Of a DNA stretch of 64,000 nt, positions 61,001-64,000 are shown in pieces (within the stretch, counting starts at the first letter, position 1; each line of letters starts with the position of its first letter). The notes under the pieces are model-generated. The model was not told the DNA's origin and did not search any database. It saw only the letters and a list, made by a program, of their open reading frames with translations. This DNA comes from Takakia lepidozioides (lineage: Eukaryota; Plantae; Bryophyta), in NCBI GenBank assembly GCA_030704615.1, contig CM060734.1, positions 11,346,001-11,410,000 of the forward strand. Reading direction: 5' to 3'. The position numbers and the translations under genes were made by a program.

Positions 61001-63738
61001 TATGTGTCAGCCTCCCCACAGCACCCATTCGAGGAATGACCTGAGAGAAAGGGGACAGTAAAGAACAATTACCGCAATGCTCCCACACCACACAAGTTGT
61101 AGGAGGCAAATATAATTGCTACCACCAAAGAAGACTCCCTAGAAAAATAAATCAAAAGATCACTGACAGCTGCCATCTATGCTATAAAAGACCAATCTGT
61201 GATTTTCAAAACTTCCATCAGCCCTTTCAAACATAGCTTAGAGTAGCCAAAAGTAAGAGCTGCACCTGTCAGGATGCTTGAGGGTGACCTTCCTTCAGAA
61301 CTTTCCTCAACCCTTCATACACACAAACACATACATATATATTCAAGAAAAAAAATGTGATCCTCTTATCCATACACTGTTGGACTGGTGAACTGAAATT
61401 CAGACCTTGCACCTTTTCAGATCAGATTTTGCAGGCAAACCTGGTACAACAAGTATAAGTAAGGATGGCACAGCAACAGTGTCACATATGTAAAGTGAAA
61501 GGGTTTGAAGAGGAATGAATCGTCAATTGTCAAGTAATCTCACTTGACTCTGGATGGAGAGATGGAAGGTTCCTGCTTCACAGGCCGTAGAAGACCCTCT
61601 GCAGGCATTGAAAAGCCTGCACCATGACCAACAGCTCTTCTCAGCCCCTAGAAACATGGCACATGAAAAGATAAGGTTGCAACTCTGATTAAAGTGTTTC
61701 TCCACAGGTGATTCCAAATGATGGACACCTGGTGAGAAACAGGTGTGATACAAAGATCCGCAAAGCAGCCACACTGTTCCTCCTTAAATCTAGATGTAAT
61801 TTGAAACAACAGCATGCTAACAATATCAAAGCACCACATGCTGAAGACTGAGTAAACTAGATGTGGATTAGGGTGACAAAGATATTCTTTCCAGTATGAA
61901 CATTTCTTTAATTACAACCAGATAATAAACAACATTTGAGGGTTTTGGTTTCCAATCTATCTGAAGGGATGCCATATATCAAACAACGCAACGTACTCTT
62001 TTTGCCCTCCTGATGTGTCCGGACCATTGCCAAAAGCTCCATCTTTGTCTTCCCAACGACATGTGACATATCCTGTATATCCATCCATCCTGTCAATACC
62101 TTATCCTCCTAAAAGCCTGAAACTGTTCACTGAGACCAAATGTGAATTGAGATATGATATCCTGTTGTTCTATGAAGTTCTTGCAAAAGGCCTGTTACTT
62201 TTTAAATTGAACGGCAAACCCAACTTCGTCATCACAACCCACTCTAGAGTGTTACTGGGCATCCCACAACAATACTACGTCAGACCTCGACAAAGCGCAG
62301 AAGTCATGCATGACGCCCACTATCCAGCCTACCAAGTTACCTCCCTATCAGCATTCACCAGATCTCCCTGCAGATGACAACCAAAGGGATGGAAGGGCAT
62401 TTGTGACGAACTGGAAGGGGAGAGCAAGGAGAATTCATGTAGGCTGTCATGTAATGGTCATAGCACTGAAATTTTGTCTTGGTTCCCACATGCTCTGCAA
62501 CCTCTGCCCAATTCCCTAGCCCATACATCTCCACTCCCTGCGCACACGAGTGCTCTTAAATATTAGACACCTAAGTGTAAGAGTGCCAAATGGTGAGAGA
62601 CTTTGAGCACATAAAAAGCTACTGACTCCAAGCATACACCATTTAACTTCAAGATAGCCATCCACCATGTCTAGAGAGAAGCCCAATAAAACCATGGGCA
62701 TCTGCTAAACTGAAAAAGGGAACATGAATGCTCATACCTTCCTGGTACGATTCTTGGTTCAGAGCATTCAAGTTAGCTTCCCAAAGCAAATATTTGTTAC
62801 CTCCAGAAGTAAAATCTCCTCATCAGCATTCCAGTCTGGATGAATGAGCGGGAAAGACAGGTTATCCTGCCACAAACACCACACCTACAAGTTGAGATCA
62901 CACCCTTCATACCACAGCTTACCAAATAATCATGCACACTATGAGTCTAACACCATCAATACCATAAGTGAACAGGAGATGCCCCCACAATTCACATCTT
63001 CCAGATTCTAACAACTTGAGATGTCACACCCGCAAATAACTCCTGCTGCAATGAGCAGCTCACATACTCCACTAAAAAGAAAGGTGTGCTATAACAGAAT
63101 TGATAGCCATACTATGCAGTAACTCCCCCTTCCTCTTTGCGTTAAAGACTGGATGAGCACAATCGGATCAATATGGGCATTCTAGGTACACTTTTCTGGA
63201 ATGGAAAATACCATCAGAAACTTAATCTTCAAAACTGATCAGTTTCTCAAAGACAGTAAAACCCTTCTCAACTGGTTGGCAAGTTTTACCAGTAATCAAT
63301 AAATTTGCTACCAAGCAACCATCATGATCCACCATAGAGCACAACCAGCAATGTTGACCTAAGCAGGTTATAATAAAATTTGGCGAGAAGTCAGGGCTTA
63401 CAATGACTCGGTATGAATGGTTTGATTTATGAGGGGTAATCTCAACACCAACTGAGAAGCATTCGACACAGAGATCAAAGTCGGGGCACGTAGCACACTT
63501 GATACGAATTGTCCCTGAGATGTCCCTGTTACAGTAGTTACAATGATAGAGAGCCCTCTTGGCATCTGATCCGCCAGCATCCACCCAACAATAGTGCTTC
63601 GCCTTAGAGCCCAAAATCTTAGAATTTTGAAATCTTTTTCAAGTACCACAACTGTGACACATTCAGCAGGGACCATCTGTGAATGGCAATCGGCCAGTAT
63701 GATCTGCTGCGAAGAGCCATACCCGTAGATGAATCCAT
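58046..63738 (-). CDS. ADA2: Transcriptional adapter ADA2 (ZZ zinc finger, SANT, SWIRM), multi-exon; start codon tentative
   Basis: ZZ 'YHCNYCNRDISG..RIKCATCPDFDLCVECF'; SANT 'DWNADEEILLLE...YGLGNWAEVAEHVGTK'; 'GYIPKRQEFDPEYDNDAE'; 'RLDERKRRKEFILER'; C-terminal SWIRM 'FKVDPIKTDRVYELL'. A phase-compatible mini-exon MDSST(D) lies at 63723-63738. Confidence 0.93.
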
Positions 63739-64000
63739 CTTGGGCAAATGGAAGTACGACTGCCCTAGAAGGACTTAAACATTCAGCAAGCACACAATCA
63801 ATATGTATAACAGAAACCCAAGAAACCCTGTCGGTTTGCTGGAAAGCAAGTTCCATCCAGTTTGACTGTTACTGTAATCTGATAGTCTGGTAGGTACAGT
63901 ATGTTACCTGTCGAATACAGATCAGGTGCCCAATTCTCTTAAGTTCGAAATCACAGAGGGTAATTTTCATGATTCCACAGATCAATTCCTTGGCTTGCCA

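Noticed and set aside
1-64000. tRNA, rRNA or other structured RNA genes
   Set aside because: None recognised by eye; tRNAscan-SE or Infernal would be needed to exclude them.

Overview
Eukaryotic, intron-rich land-plant DNA; the transposon (TE) families look bryophyte/moss-like (inference). The window opens with the last exon of a TOM1-like (VHS-GAT) gene (2-718). About 45 kb of nested, decayed transposons follow: two Ty1/copia, a LINE fragment, CACTA, hAT, a Ty3/gypsy and non-autonomous repeats. It closes with three host genes: an MFS transporter (probably damaged), a transaldolase-like gene and ADA2. The most unusual locus is 8996-17632. It holds a spliced minus-strand gene fusing a ParB/Srx-like domain (DGNH[R]) to a beta-class N4C/N6A DNA-methyltransferase-like domain. 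Upstream of it is a CRISPR-looking, non-CRISPR array of about 30 copies of the 22-bp palindrome GGAAATGCGG-YR-CCGCATTTCC at a near-constant 53-bp period. Single copies of the palindrome also sit in three predicted introns and past the gene's 3' end. Separately, the gypsy element carries the C-terminal half of a DNMT3-like C5 methyltransferase plus a PHD finger, and a SWIM + SET-domain remnant lies at 3960-6540. All calls are by eye from motifs; no searches were run, and exon and element boundaries are approximate.
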